This document shows positions 7,234-17,358 of a stretch of 35,550 nucleotides of DNA, piece after piece. The position numbers and the translations under genes were made by a program. Position 1 is the stretch's first letter, and the number at the start of each line of letters is the position of its first letter. Source of the stretch: Candidatus Bipolaricaulia bacterium (lineage in GTDB: Bacteria > Bipolaricaulota > Bipolaricaulia > JBHIAT01); NCBI GenBank assembly GCA_046758705.1, contig JBHIAT010000014.1:1-35550 (forward strand), given 5' to 3'. Under the pieces are notes generated by a model. It was given only the letters and a program-made list of their open reading frames with translations. It was not told the origin of the DNA and did no database searches.

Positions 7234-8190
7234 ATGAGAGGTATTAACCGTTCGTTCTATGCGTTCAGCCTACTGGTGCTGGTTCTGGTGGTCGTCATCG
7301 GATGTGCTCCTATTCCAACGTCCACCCAACCGTCGGCTTCGGTAAGGCCGGAGATTCCAATCCAGACGAGGATCATCGCGTTCGCTCCGATCCGCATCGC
7401 CGTCTCCGAGTTCGAGGACCGAAGTGGGACGATCTTCCGTTGGGCCGTCGGCAGGGGGATGTCCGACATGCTGACGACCGCCCTGTTTGAGACCGGCAAG
7501 TTCGAGCCGATCGAGCGCCAGGCGCTGGAGCAGGTTATCGCGGAACAACGGCTCGGGCTCTCCGGTCTGGTCAACCCCGCCACCGCTGCTGAAGTCGGCC
7601 GTATCCTGGGGGTCGAGCAGATCATCGTTGGTGCCGTCACCGAGTTCGGGATCCAAGAGACAGGGATAGACTTGCCTGGGGTCGGGGCGATCAGACAGGA
7701 CACCGCTCGGGTCGTCATCGACGTGCGCATCGTCGACACAACGACCGCAAAGATCCTGGCTGCCGCCACCGCTGAGGGGAGTGAATTCTCACGCGGCATC
7801 GCTATCAATGTCAACCGCTGGCAGCGGTTCAGGTTCGGGGACACGGGCTTCGACGACACGATCATCGGCAAGGCAACCCGCCAGGCGATCGATGAGTTGG
7901 TCGTTAAGATCAGCGATGCGATCCCATCCAAAGGTCTGGTGGCAACGGTCCAGGGGGATATCGTGATCCTGAACTTCGGGAGACGTTCCGATGCCGCGCC
8001 CGGGATGATCTTGAACGTCTACCGGACCGGGGAGCCGATCCGCGACCCGGTAACGGGTGAGGTGCTAACGTTGTTGGAGACGAAGCTGGGAGAGGTGCAG
8101 GTGATCGAGGTCCAGGAGAATGTGACCCTGGCGCGCAAACTTGGGGCTTTCGAGGTCGAGGTGGGGGATATCGTCCGACCTAAGATCTAG
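7234..8190 (+). CDS. CsgG/HfaB-family lipoprotein with FlgT-C-like C-terminal domain
   Basis: Lipobox VIG-C; IAVSEFED, GMSDMLTTAL..TGKF..IER..LEQV..EQ.LG.SG.V, G..TEFG, DVRIVDTTT; C-terminal DPVTGEVL. Confidence 0.82.
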   Translation: MRGINRSFYAFSLLVLVLVVVIGCAPIPTSTQPSASVRPEIPIQTRIIAFAPIRIAVSEFEDRSGTIFRWAVGRGMSDMLTTALFETGKFEPIERQALEQVIAEQRLGLSGLVNPATAAEVGRILGVEQIIVGAVTEFGIQETGIDLPGVGAIRQDTARVVIDVRIVDTTTAKILAAATAEGSEFSRGIAINVNRWQRFRFGDTGFDDTIIGKATRQAIDELVVKISDAIPSKGLVATVQGDIVILNFGRRSDAAPGMILNVYRTGEPIRDPVTGEVLTLLETKLGEVQVIEVQENVTLARKLGAFEVEVGDIVRPKI

Positions 8191-9149
8191 ACACCTGAGG
8201 CCGAACCCAGTCGATCACCGAACGCCAACCCATAGCCTCGCTGGAAGTCCATCCCGCCCATCCGGTCCCGGGACGCGGGCTGGACTTCGAGGAGTTCCAA
8301 CGCACCATCCCCCGTTCTGACCACGAACCCGGCCTCCGCGAACGCGATCACCTCGCCGGGTTCAGCATTGTGGTAGGCCTGGGGATGTCGATCGTTCTCC
8401 ACGAGATGACTCCGGTGCACTTTGAGCCGGAGCTTGTCCAAGAAGGTGTAGGCACCCGGGTAAGGGTTCAGCCCCCGGATCAGGTTGTGGATCTGCTGAG
8501 CGCTCTTGTCCCAGTCGATCTGTCCGTCCTCCGGCTTCAGCTTCGGAGCGTAGCTTTCCCGGTCCCCGGGTTGCGGGTGTGGTTCGAGCGTGCCGCGCTC
8601 CAAACCCGACAGGGTCTCCACGATCAACTCGCCCCCGAGCTGGGCCAGCCGATCGTGGACCGTCCCGGCCGCATCATCTTTACAGATTTGAACCTCCCGC
8701 TGCAGGAGGATATCCCCGGTGTCAAGCCCCTCATCCATGAGGAAGGTGGTGACCCCGGTGCGCGTCTCGCCATTGATGATCGCCCACTGGATCGGAGCTG
8801 CCCCACGGTATCGGGACAGCAAAGAGGCGTGGATGTTGATCGGCCACCTCGGTACGTCAAGCACTTGGCTCGATAGGATCTGACCGTAGGCAGCGACCAC
8901 GATCGCCTCGGGTTCGAACTCCTGCAATACGCTCACCGACCCGGCGTCGCTGATCTTCTTGGGTTGGTGCACCACCAAGCCTAACCCGTCAGCCACCTGT
9001 TTGATAGGGGATGGGCGCAGTTGTTGACCCCGGCCTGAACGACGATCAGGTTGGGTGAAGACCGCGATCACCTCATGAAGGTCACTCAAACTCAAGCGCT
9101 CGAGGGCGGGAACGCCAAACTCGGCCGTCCCGACGAAGATGACTTTCAT
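8187..9149 (-). CDS. fmt: Methionyl-tRNA formyltransferase
   Basis: MKVIFVGTAEF, TQPDR..GRG, VAAYGQIL, INIHASLL.RYRGAAPIQ, LDTGDIL. Confidence 0.97.
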   Translation of the reverse strand: MKVIFVGTAEFGVPALERLSLSDLHEVIAVFTQPDRRSGRGQQLRPSPIKQVADGLGLVVHQPKKISDAGSVSVLQEFEPEAIVVAAYGQILSSQVLDVPRWPINIHASLLSRYRGAAPIQWAIINGETRTGVTTFLMDEGLDTGDILLQREVQICKDDAAGTVHDRLAQLGGELIVETLSGLERGTLEPHPQPGDRESYAPKLKPEDGQIDWDKSAQQIHNLIRGLNPYPGAYTFLDKLRLKVHRSHLVENDRHPQAYHNAEPGEVIAFAEAGFVVRTGDGALELLEVQPASRDRMGGMDFQRGYGLAFGDRLGSASGV

Positions 9150-9179
9150 GCTCCTTTGTCTACGTCTACCTTGCCTACT

Positions 9180-9713
9180 CTATATGGCGCTACGCACGCC
9201 CCGGCTCCGTTCCCGTTTCCGGTGCTTCTCCTTGCGCTGTTTCTCGTACTCCTTGAGCAACAGGGTGCGCTTCGCCTCGCCCAGATGATCAATGAACAAG
9301 ATGCCATCCAGATGGTCAATCTCATGGAGGAGAACCCGGGCCATGAGCTCCTTCCCATCGAGCTCGACCCGCTCCCCTTCCAGGTCCAATGCCTCGATCC
9401 GCACCCATTTCGCCCGTTCTATCTCGGCCTCGGCTCCCGGGATCGAGAGACAACCCTCCGGCGCGACGACCGTCTCCTGGCTCGTCTCCAGGATCCGGGG
9501 GTTGATCAGGATATGGAACTCGTCTTCCACATCAATCACGATCAACCGAACCGGCTCACCAAGCTGGGGGGCGGCCAGCCCGAGCCCCTCGGCCCGGACC
9601 AGCGCCTGGACCATCTCGTCGGCCAGCGCCTGGATCTCCCCGTTGATCGTCTCGATCGTCTTGGCATGCACCCGAAGAGACGGATGTGGGTATTTAATGA
9701 TCTCCCGAACCAT
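9180..9713 (-). CDS. def: Peptide deformylase
   Basis: GLGLAAPQ, EGCLS, HEIDHLDG motifs; start placed at ATG 9713. Confidence 0.96.
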   Translation of the reverse strand: MVREIIKYPHPSLRVHAKTIETINGEIQALADEMVQALVRAEGLGLAAPQLGEPVRLIVIDVEDEFHILINPRILETSQETVVAPEGCLSIPGAEAEIERAKWVRIEALDLEGERVELDGKELMARVLLHEIDHLDGILFIDHLGEAKRTLLLKEYEKQRKEKHRKRERSRGVRSAI

Positions 9714-9751
9714 CCTCGGATCCTCCCGTTGAGTCTTGAGTTGCGATCCAG

Positions 9752-9799
9752 TTGTAAAATCCTTTGGTTTAGTATACAATCAACTGCAGAACGGATCAA
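9752..9799. promoter_or_regulatory. Overlapping divergent promoters for mreB (+) and def-fmt (-)
   Basis: Plus: TTGTAA(9752-57)-N17-TACAAT(9775-80). Minus: TTGATC(9799-94)-N17-TATACT(9776-71). Confidence 0.55.
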
Positions 9800-9854
9800 G
9801 CGTCTTGTGAGCTTTGAGTCAACTTCGATAGACATAGGGAATCAGGTGATCGCG

Positions 9855-10910
9855 TTGTTCGAATGGATCTCTAACTTCCTCCATCAGAAATTCTCTTATA
9901 GTTTGGGGATCGACCTGGGAACCGCCAACACCCTCATCTACTCATCACGGGAGCGGGGGGTCACCCTCAACGAACCATCGATGATAACCATCGACAAGCG
10001 TAATGGGGAGATTATCGCCATCGGCCGGGAGGCGAAGCAGATGCTGGGGAAGACCCCACCACCGCTGGAGGTCATCCGGCCATTGCGCAAAGGGGTGATC
10101 GCCGATTTCGACCTGACAGAGCGAATGCTCCGTTACTTCATCCGGAAGGCCCGTACGGAAGGTCGGTCACTCCTGAACCCTCGAATCGCCATCTGTATCC
10201 CTTCAGGAGCGACCGACGTCGAGAAGCGGGCGGTGTTGCAGGTCGCTCGGGACGCCGGGGCGAGTCAGTCCTACATCATCGAGGAGCCGATGGCCGGAGC
10301 GATCGGGACCGGGGTGGACATCCTGGCGGCGAGCGGGAATATGATCGTGGATATCGGTGGTGGGACAAGCGAGGTGGCGGTGATCTCGCTGGGCGGGATC
10401 GTCCTGTATCGGAGTATCAAAGTCGGGGGCGATGACCTGGATCTAGCGATATTGTTGTACGTCAAAGACCAGTACAGGACAATCATCGGGGAGATCACCG
10501 CTGAGCGAATTAAGCTGAGGATCGGAAACGTCTATCCCAGCGAGGACTCTCAGGGGGCAAACGGCTTCCAGGTCAAAGGACGGAGCCTGGCCACCGGACT
10601 GCCGGATATCGTCACGCTCCATCGGGATGAGATCCGAGAGGCGTGTGCTGGGACGATCGACATGATCGCCGAGATCGTCAACGAGGCTCTGGAGCAGACC
10701 CCACCGGAACTCGCCTCCGATATCAAAGACAAAGGGATCATCCTGACCGGTGGGGGGGCGCTGATCAACGGTTTGGATCGGTTGATCAGCGAGAGGACCG
10801 GGATGCTGACCAGTGTGGTGGAGAACCCGTTGACCGCGATTGCCGAAGGCACAGGTAAGGCGTTGGAAGAGATGTTTTTAATCACACGGCGGAAGGGGAT
10901 CATCTATTAA
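9855..10910 (+). CDS. mreB: Rod shape-determining actin MreB
   Basis: GIDLGTANT, EPS, IRPL..GVIADF, EEPMAGAIG, VDIGGGTSE, LTGGGAL. Start is TTG 9855 or GTG 9846; the 619-aa ORF is over-extended upstream. Confidence 0.95.
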   Translation: MFEWISNFLHQKFSYSLGIDLGTANTLIYSSRERGVTLNEPSMITIDKRNGEIIAIGREAKQMLGKTPPPLEVIRPLRKGVIADFDLTERMLRYFIRKARTEGRSLLNPRIAICIPSGATDVEKRAVLQVARDAGASQSYIIEEPMAGAIGTGVDILAASGNMIVDIGGGTSEVAVISLGGIVLYRSIKVGGDDLDLAILLYVKDQYRTIIGEITAERIKLRIGNVYPSEDSQGANGFQVKGRSLATGLPDIVTLHRDEIREACAGTIDMIAEIVNEALEQTPPELASDIKDKGIILTGGGALINGLDRLISERTGMLTSVVENPLTAIAEGTGKALEEMFLITRRKGIIY

Positions 10911-10945
10911 ATCCCTATTAGAACTTTAGAACTTGAGTACTTCCC

Positions 10946-11776
10946 ATGAACCTCAAATCGGCCGCTCGTGTCCTTATACACAGAAGGACGCTCTACCTGT
11001 TTGCCATTCTGGCTGTTGCCCTCGCCCTGGAGCTCTATCCCACCCTGCTACCCGATGCGTTGGCGACGGACTACGTGATCTCCCCGGTTCAGCGTCTCTT
11101 GACGAGCACCGCGAACGCCCCGAAGCGATTTCAGGACTATCTCACCGAACGTTCGACGCTCATCGATGAGCATCGCCGATTGGAGACCGAAAACGCCTTG
11201 CTCAAAGTTGAACTGGAGTTGATGAAGCGCCACGAGCGCGAAAACGATCGATTGAGGGCTCTGCTTGCCCTCCAAAGTCGCTTTGGGTTCCAGGCGATCA
11301 CGGCCCAGGTAGTGGGTCGATCCCCGGACGATTGGTTCGAGACGCTGACCGTCAACCGAGGGCGAGAAGACGGAGTGGCTGACGGGATGGTGGTAGTGGC
11401 CCCGACCGGGCTGATCGGCCGAGTCAGGGCCGCTCACGCGAGGACAGCGCTCATCGAGTTGATCACCGCTCCGAACAGCCGGATCGGCGTCTTGGTGAAC
11501 CGAACCCGAGAGATGGGGGTCACCCGAGGGATGATCGGGAAGCTGCTCCTGGACTTCATCGAAGTGGATGCGGACCTGGTCGAGGGAGATCTGCTGCTGA
11601 CCTCCGGGTTGAGCGGGATCTATCCTAAGGACCTGGTCGTGGGTCGGGTGAAGACCATTGAGAATTCCTCCACCGACCTGTTCAAATCGGTTGAGGTGGA
11701 GCCGGTTGTGAACCTGGGGAGGCTGGAGGAGGTAATGATCCTCCGGCCGCAACTTGGGGCAGATGGCGAAGGATAA
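10946..11776 (+). CDS. mreC: Rod shape-determining protein MreC
   Basis: N-terminal TM, coiled coil ENDRLRALL, GLIGRV, TSGLSGIYPKDL.VG.V; follows mreB. Confidence 0.93.
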   Translation: MNLKSAARVLIHRRTLYLFAILAVALALELYPTLLPDALATDYVISPVQRLLTSTANAPKRFQDYLTERSTLIDEHRRLETENALLKVELELMKRHERENDRLRALLALQSRFGFQAITAQVVGRSPDDWFETLTVNRGREDGVADGMVVVAPTGLIGRVRAAHARTALIELITAPNSRIGVLVNRTREMGVTRGMIGKLLLDFIEVDADLVEGDLLLTSGLSGIYPKDLVVGRVKTIENSSTDLFKSVEVEPVVNLGRLEEVMILRPQLGADGEG

Positions 11777-11794
11777 AATAACCGGGATATCACC

Positions 11795-12355
11795 GTGGAA
11801 AGAACGATTCACAGGATCATCATCGGTGTGATCGCGCTGTTCAGTCTGATCGCCCAATCGACGTTCGCCAAAGACCTGATGTTGTTTGGGGTCAAGCCGG
11901 ACCTCCTGGTGGCGGTCGTGATCGCCTGGGGCGCTCTCAAGCGCCCCGAGGAGGGTGGGTTGGTCGGTCTGATCCTCGGAGGACTGGGAGAGGTGATGGG
12001 CAACCACTCCGGAGGGGGCATCCTCGCTGCGACGGTGGTGGGTATCGTGAGCGGTTTCCTTAAGCAGACCCTGTTCGTGTACTCTCGGTTGAGGTTGTTG
12101 TGGATCGGCACCACCTTGGGGATCGCCTACCAGCTTATCTTCCTGGCGATCGGCGGCCTGGGCGATGGGATGGCCATCAGCTGGGTGAGGGGCCTAAAGA
12201 TCGTGGGGCTAAGCGGTCTGTACACCGGGCCATTGACTTTGGGTTTCTTCATGCTCTTCGAATTGCTGGATCGTAACCCCGGACGCAGACGGCAACGGAA
12301 CCGGAATCTCGAGGGGATCTTCCGAGTGGAGGAGCAGGATGAAAGACTTGGGTAG
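11795..12355 (+). CDS. mreD: Rod shape-determining protein MreD
   Basis: Hydrophobic, FGVKPDLL motif, located between mreC and PBP2. Confidence 0.88.
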   Translation: MERTIHRIIIGVIALFSLIAQSTFAKDLMLFGVKPDLLVAVVIAWGALKRPEEGGLVGLILGGLGEVMGNHSGGGILAATVVGIVSGFLKQTLFVYSRLRLLWIGTTLGIAYQLIFLAIGGLGDGMAISWVRGLKIVGLSGLYTGPLTLGFFMLFELLDRNPGRRRQRNRNLEGIFRVEEQDERLG

Positions 12356-14090
12356 ACGGGTGACTTGGCTGCTGACCGTCTCGATGGCCCTGTTCTTGAT
12401 CCTGATCGGCCGTATCGTCTACCTCCAGGTTGTCGAGGCGGGAGTCTACCTCCGACTGGCCCAGTCGAACCGGACGACGATCCAAGAACTCAAGCCTCCC
12501 CGCGGGGTTATCTTCGATCGCTACGGTGTCCCTCTGGCTGTCAACCGACCGAGTTATGTGTTGCATGTGGTTCCCGCTTACTTCGATCGAGGCAGGGTAG
12601 AGCAACTGGCGTCGGTCGTCGATTTCGATCGAGACACCCTGGAGACGATCCTCACCAACCATCGGGAATGGAACCGGCCGATCCCGCTCAAACGGAGGAT
12701 CACCAAGGAGGAAGCAATCATCCTCGAGGAACTTTCCCTTCCCGGGGTTCAAGTCCAGGTGGTGCCGGTGCGGGAGTATCAGGACGGGGAGATCTTCGCC
12801 CACGTACTGGGATACGCCAGAAGCCAGCGTATCGGCGGGGATCTGATCGGGGCGAGAGAGATCGAGAAGAGGTTCGATGCGCCCCTCCAGGGGACTAAGG
12901 GGGGGATCCGACTGGAGGTGGACGCGACCGGACGTATCTTGGGTGCGTTGGATCGAGAGGACCCCATCCCGGGCAGGAACATCCATCTGACCGTCGATCT
13001 TGGCATCCAGCAGGCCGCTTATGAGGCCCTGAAAGGCAACCCAGGGGCGATTATCGTCATGGACCCCCGCAACGGTGACATCCTGGCGATGGTCTCCCAA
13101 CCCTCGCTCGACAACAACCAGTTCATCACGGGGTTCTCCCCCGAGGCCTGGGAAGCCGTCGTCGAAGACCCCAGACACCCGTTGCAGAACCGAGCGATCT
13201 CTGGAGAGTACCAGCCCGGCTCGACGATCAAACCGATCATCGCCATCGCCGCTCTGGAGGAGCAGGTCACCAGCCTCAACCGCATCATCGATGATAACGG
13301 GATCTACGAATATCGCAACGCCCAAGGGGAGATCATTGGCGTCTACCGGGGATGGAAACGCGGCGGCCATGGGAAGGTGAACCTCGTCGATGCCTTGGCC
13401 GAGTCGGTGAACCCCTACTTCTACCGGTTGGGGATCGAGCTGGGGCTGGAGCGGATCACCAAATACGCTCGGATGTTCGGCCTGGGAGAGCCAACCGGTA
13501 TCGATCTACCTAACGAGAAGCCGGGGCTGATCCCCAGCCGGGACTGGAAGCTGGAGGTCGTCGGAGAGCCATGGTATCCGGGGAATACGATCCTGCTCTC
13601 CATCGGTCAGGGGTATATCACCGTGACACCGCTACAGCTGTTGAACGCTTTCAACGTCATCGCTAACGGGGGCACACTCTACCGGCCGCGGATTGTCAAG
13701 GAGATCACCGACGATCAGGGCCGCATCATCCGGCGGTTCGAACCCCAGCTTAAGCACCACATCGATGTCTCAGCGGAGACGCTTGACATCATCCAGCAGG
13801 GGCTGCGGGCGGTGGTGAGTCGCGGGACGGCCAAGGAGATCAATATCCCCGAGCTTCCGATCGCGGGGAAGACTGGTTCGGCAGAGGTGGCGATGGACGA
13901 GAACGCCAACGCCTGGTTCGTCGGTTACGCTCCCGCCGACGACCCCCAGGTCTCGGTCCTCGTCCTGGTGGAGGCGGGTCAGTATGGAGGGCAGGCGGCC
14001 GCCCCGATCGCTCAGCAACTCCTGGCAACCGTCTTCAACCTTCAGCCTCAGCAACCACCGACTTCGACTCAGGAGGCCCGCCGGTTTTGA
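12339..14090 (+). CDS. mrdA: Penicillin-binding protein 2 (class B transpeptidase)
   Basis: PPRG.I.DR.G, PGSTIK (SxxK), SVN (SxN), KTGS. Confidence 0.94.
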   Translation: MKDLGRRVTWLLTVSMALFLILIGRIVYLQVVEAGVYLRLAQSNRTTIQELKPPRGVIFDRYGVPLAVNRPSYVLHVVPAYFDRGRVEQLASVVDFDRDTLETILTNHREWNRPIPLKRRITKEEAIILEELSLPGVQVQVVPVREYQDGEIFAHVLGYARSQRIGGDLIGAREIEKRFDAPLQGTKGGIRLEVDATGRILGALDREDPIPGRNIHLTVDLGIQQAAYEALKGNPGAIIVMDPRNGDILAMVSQPSLDNNQFITGFSPEAWEAVVEDPRHPLQNRAISGEYQPGSTIKPIIAIAALEEQVTSLNRIIDDNGIYEYRNAQGEIIGVYRGWKRGGHGKVNLVDALAESVNPYFYRLGIELGLERITKYARMFGLGEPTGIDLPNEKPGLIPSRDWKLEVVGEPWYPGNTILLSIGQGYITVTPLQLLNAFNVIANGGTLYRPRIVKEITDDQGRIIRRFEPQLKHHIDVSAETLDIIQQGLRAVVSRGTAKEINIPELPIAGKTGSAEVAMDENANAWFVGYAPADDPQVSVLVLVEAGQYGGQAAAPIAQQLLATVFNLQPQQPPTSTQEARRF

Positions 14091-14095
14091 AGAGG

Positions 14096-14124
14096 TTGCA
14101 TCCTTAGATCTGAATTTATATAAT
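14096..14124 (+). promoter_or_regulatory. Sigma70-type promoter TTGCAT-N17-TATAAT
   Basis: Upstream of the 14161 ORF; a second GGGTATAAT lies at 14133-14141. Confidence 0.55.
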
Positions 14125-14160
14125 GCAAACCCGGGTATAATCCAAACTAAGGAGGCAAGA

Positions 14161-14517
14161 ATGAAACGAATCAACGTTGCTGTAGTTGTGGTACTTGTCC
14201 TCATGTTCACTCTTGGATCCCTGGCGCTTGCCCAGGTAGCAACTCCGGACACTTTACAGGGGCGCCAAGATGGACGGGCCGCCGGCGCGCGAGACGCGTC
14301 CTTTTTGAATGTCCTTGGGGGCTACCTTTTCGGGGTGTTGGCAGTCGGTTACTCCTTGATCGCCCCCGCTAACATCCCAGCTGAGCGGATACTTGAGATA
14401 TCAAGTGCTCCAGAAGCCTACAGACTGGGGTTCGCCGATAGCTATAAGGCAACGAAGCGCCAGCGAAGGACCCTCTATGCCCTGATAGGATGGGTTTTAG
14501 CGCTTAGCGCAAGTTAG
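14161..14517 (+). CDS. Small exported/membrane hypothetical protein
   Basis: RBS AAGGAGG, signal peptide ending ALA, two further hydrophobic segments. Confidence 0.7.
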   Translation: MKRINVAVVVVLVLMFTLGSLALAQVATPDTLQGRQDGRAAGARDASFLNVLGGYLFGVLAVGYSLIAPANIPAERILEISSAPEAYRLGFADSYKATKRQRRTLYALIGWVLALSAS

Positions 14518-14708
14518 ATAGAAACATCTGATTGGCCGTTTGATAGATAGTCTCTGTTAAAGAGATTCAAATCACGCTTGCCATTCCCATAATCTATTTT
14601 TGACTCAATCCTTTGTGTTACTCACGATCAACCGATAGCCTCTAGGATCAACCCCTCAATACACGTTGATACAAGCATTTCATCCTGTTACAATGGGGAC
14701 CGATACCG

Positions 14709-17018
14709 ATGGGAATCACCGATGAGAAACAGCAGACCCTCAACAAGCTGAAGCGGATCATCACCCTTGAACGAGAGAACGACTATACCGATGTGACGGT
14801 CATCGGCGGGTTGGAGGGCTTCGTGGCACGGGCGGCGGAGATGCTTGAGGACGAGACCCTCCAAGAGTTGATCGTCGATTACGCCAACCGGTCCGTCCCG
14901 GAGCGCCGCCGCGCGATCTCTGAACTTGGGGATCGCATCCGGGCGCTGGAGACCGGTCCCCAACCTCAAGAAGACTCTCAGAAAACTTTGATGAACCCGG
15001 TCCGCTACGCCAAACGGGTCGGAAAGATCCGGGAGAAGCAACTGAACCGCTTGGGCATCGAGACGATCGCCGATCTGCTGCTCTACTTCCCGCGTCGGAT
15101 CGAGGACCGGCGTCAGGTGAAGCGGATCGCCGAGCTGCGGGACGGTGAACCGGCAACCGTCCACGCCCGGGTGCGGGCCAAGGATGTCATTCGCCCCCGA
15201 GACAACCTGGAGATCCTGAAGGTCGCGCTTCAGGACCGCTCCGGCCTGCTGTACGGGATCTGGTTCAATCAGCCGTGGTTGAAGAGCCAGTTCGAGCCCG
15301 GGGAACGATTGGCCGTCCACGGCAAGGCCGAGCGCAAATACGGCCAGATTCAGATGAACAATCCGGTCTGGGAACCGATCGACGACCATTTCGAGACCGG
15401 CCGATTGGTCGCCATCTATCCTGCAACCGAGGGACTTTCGCAGCCGCTGTTGCGCCGGATCATCCGTGACAACCTGGCGATCTACCTTCCCCAGGTCAAA
15501 GAGGTGCTCCCCACCGAGATCCGAGAGCAACAGGGGTTGTTGATGCGACACGAGGCGATCCCCGGAATCCATTTTCCGGAGACGATGGAGGACTGGGAGC
15601 AGGCGCGCCGGACGCTGGCCTTCGAAGAGTTGTTTCTGTTCCAACTCGGCGTCGCCGTCCACAAGCGTCGGCTCGAGCGACAGGCGGGCAGAAGTCATCG
15701 GGTTGACGGTGAGTTGGTCGAGCGGGTCATCGACGCACTTCCATTCGAGCTCACGGCGGCTCAGACACGGACGATCGAGGAGATCCAGGGCGACATGGCA
15801 GCTCCCCATCCGATGAACCGATTGCTTCAAGGGGAGGTCGGATCAGGGAAGACGGTCGTCGCCGCGGTTGCTTGCCTGATCGCCATCGCAACCGGTGACC
15901 AGGTCGCGATCATGGCCCCGACGGAGATCCTCGCCGAACAGCATTATCTGACCCTCAAGGCGCTGTTTGCGTCCTTCCCGATATCGATTGAACTTTTGAT
16001 CGGGAGCCTCCCTGAGGCGGAGAAGCGTGACGTACAGGCGCGGACCGCCCGAGGGGAGATGGAACTTCTCATCGGCACCCATGCACTCATCCAAGAGGGG
16101 GTGTCTTTCCTCCAACTGGGGTTGATCGTGATCGACGAACAGCACCGGTTCGGGGTGATCCAGCGTGCCGAACTGGAACACAAGGGGGAGGAGATGGATA
16201 TCCTGGTGATGAGTGCGACCCCGATCCCCCGGACGGTGACCCTGACCCTCTACGGGCAGTTCGACATCTCGATCATCGACGAACTCCCGCCGGGTAGAGG
16301 AAAGACGGAGACCTACTGGGTGACGGAGCACCATCGCAACGAGGTCTATGAGATGGTCAAAAACGAACTGGCGCGGGGAAGGCAGGGGTACATTGTCTAT
16401 CCGCTGGTGGAGGAATCCGAGGAGCTGGACCTAAACGCAGCCACCGAGATGAAAGACCGGCTGCAACGGGGGGCGTTCCAGGCGTTCCAGGTCGGGTTGC
16501 TCCACGGAAGGATGAGTCGGGCCGAGAAGGAGGCGGTGATGGAACGGTTCCGAAGCGGAGAGATCGATCTGCTCGTCGCGACCACCGTCGTCGAGGTCGG
16601 CATCGATATCCCCAATGCGACCGTGATGGTCATCGAGCATGCCGATCGGTTCGGTCTGTCACAACTTCACCAACTGCGAGGGCGGATCGGTCGGGGAGAG
16701 GAGCAGGCCCATTGCTATGCGATCGCGTCCCCCAAGACCGAGGAGAGCCACAGACGGCTGACCGCGTTTCGGGATATCGACGATGGGTTCCAGATCGCCG
16801 AGGAGGACCTCAAGATCCGAGGGCCGGGGGAGCTGTTGGGGACGTCGCAACACGGGGCGTATACCGACTTCAAGGTGGCCGATCTCATCGGGGATCTGGA
16901 GATCATGAGCCGGGCTCGCCAAGAGGCGTTCCGGGCCGCAGAGCGGGGGCCTGAGCCCAAGTTGATCGAGGCATTTCGGGAACGGTTCGGAGAGCAGTTC
17001 GAGTTGGCGAGCGTGTGA
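14709..17018 (+). CDS. recG: ATP-dependent DNA helicase RecG
   Basis: MNRLLQGEVGSGKT, DEQHRFG, SATPIPRT, QLRGRIGRG, EEDLKIRGPGE. Confidence 0.97.
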   Translation: MGITDEKQQTLNKLKRIITLERENDYTDVTVIGGLEGFVARAAEMLEDETLQELIVDYANRSVPERRRAISELGDRIRALETGPQPQEDSQKTLMNPVRYAKRVGKIREKQLNRLGIETIADLLLYFPRRIEDRRQVKRIAELRDGEPATVHARVRAKDVIRPRDNLEILKVALQDRSGLLYGIWFNQPWLKSQFEPGERLAVHGKAERKYGQIQMNNPVWEPIDDHFETGRLVAIYPATEGLSQPLLRRIIRDNLAIYLPQVKEVLPTEIREQQGLLMRHEAIPGIHFPETMEDWEQARRTLAFEELFLFQLGVAVHKRRLERQAGRSHRVDGELVERVIDALPFELTAAQTRTIEEIQGDMAAPHPMNRLLQGEVGSGKTVVAAVACLIAIATGDQVAIMAPTEILAEQHYLTLKALFASFPISIELLIGSLPEAEKRDVQARTARGEMELLIGTHALIQEGVSFLQLGLIVIDEQHRFGVIQRAELEHKGEEMDILVMSATPIPRTVTLTLYGQFDISIIDELPPGRGKTETYWVTEHHRNEVYEMVKNELARGRQGYIVYPLVEESEELDLNAATEMKDRLQRGAFQAFQVGLLHGRMSRAEKEAVMERFRSGEIDLLVATTVVEVGIDIPNATVMVIEHADRFGLSQLHQLRGRIGRGEEQAHCYAIASPKTEESHRRLTAFRDIDDGFQIAEEDLKIRGPGELLGTSQHGAYTDFKVADLIGDLEIMSRARQEAFRAAERGPEPKLIEAFRERFGEQFELASV

Positions 17019-17028
17019 AGGTAAAGCT

Positions 17029-17337
17029 TTGGGGGAGGTGCATCCGTTGATCAGCGAGGCGCAGATCCGACATATCGCCGAGTTGGCGAAACTTAAGTTG
17101 ACCGAGGCAGAGATCGCGCTCTACCAGGAGCAACTGGGGGAGATCCTGGAGTACTTCCAGAAGCTGGAGGAACTCGATACCGATGACGTAGAGCCGCTGA
17201 AGCATCTGCTCGAGACCGTCAACGTCCTACGTGATGACCGACCGGAATCGTGCCTCTCCCAGGAGGAGGCGCTCAGGAACGCACCTCAACACCGAGACGG
17301 GTTCTTCGAGGTCCCGAAGGTCGTCGATGTCGATTGA
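17029..17337 (+). CDS. gatC: Asp/Glu-tRNA amidotransferase subunit C
   Basis: HIAELAKL, IL.YF.KL.ELDT, NVLRDD, NAP...DGFFEVPKV. Start may be GTG 17038. Confidence 0.92.
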   Translation: MGEVHPLISEAQIRHIAELAKLKLTEAEIALYQEQLGEILEYFQKLEELDTDDVEPLKHLLETVNVLRDDRPESCLSQEEALRNAPQHRDGFFEVPKVVDVD

Positions 17338-17358
17338 TCTCGCCCTGATCCGGTCACG

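Noticed and set aside
9051-9854. 619-aa MreB with a long N-terminal extension
   Set aside because: The extension is the antisense shadow of def; MreB homology begins near 9855.
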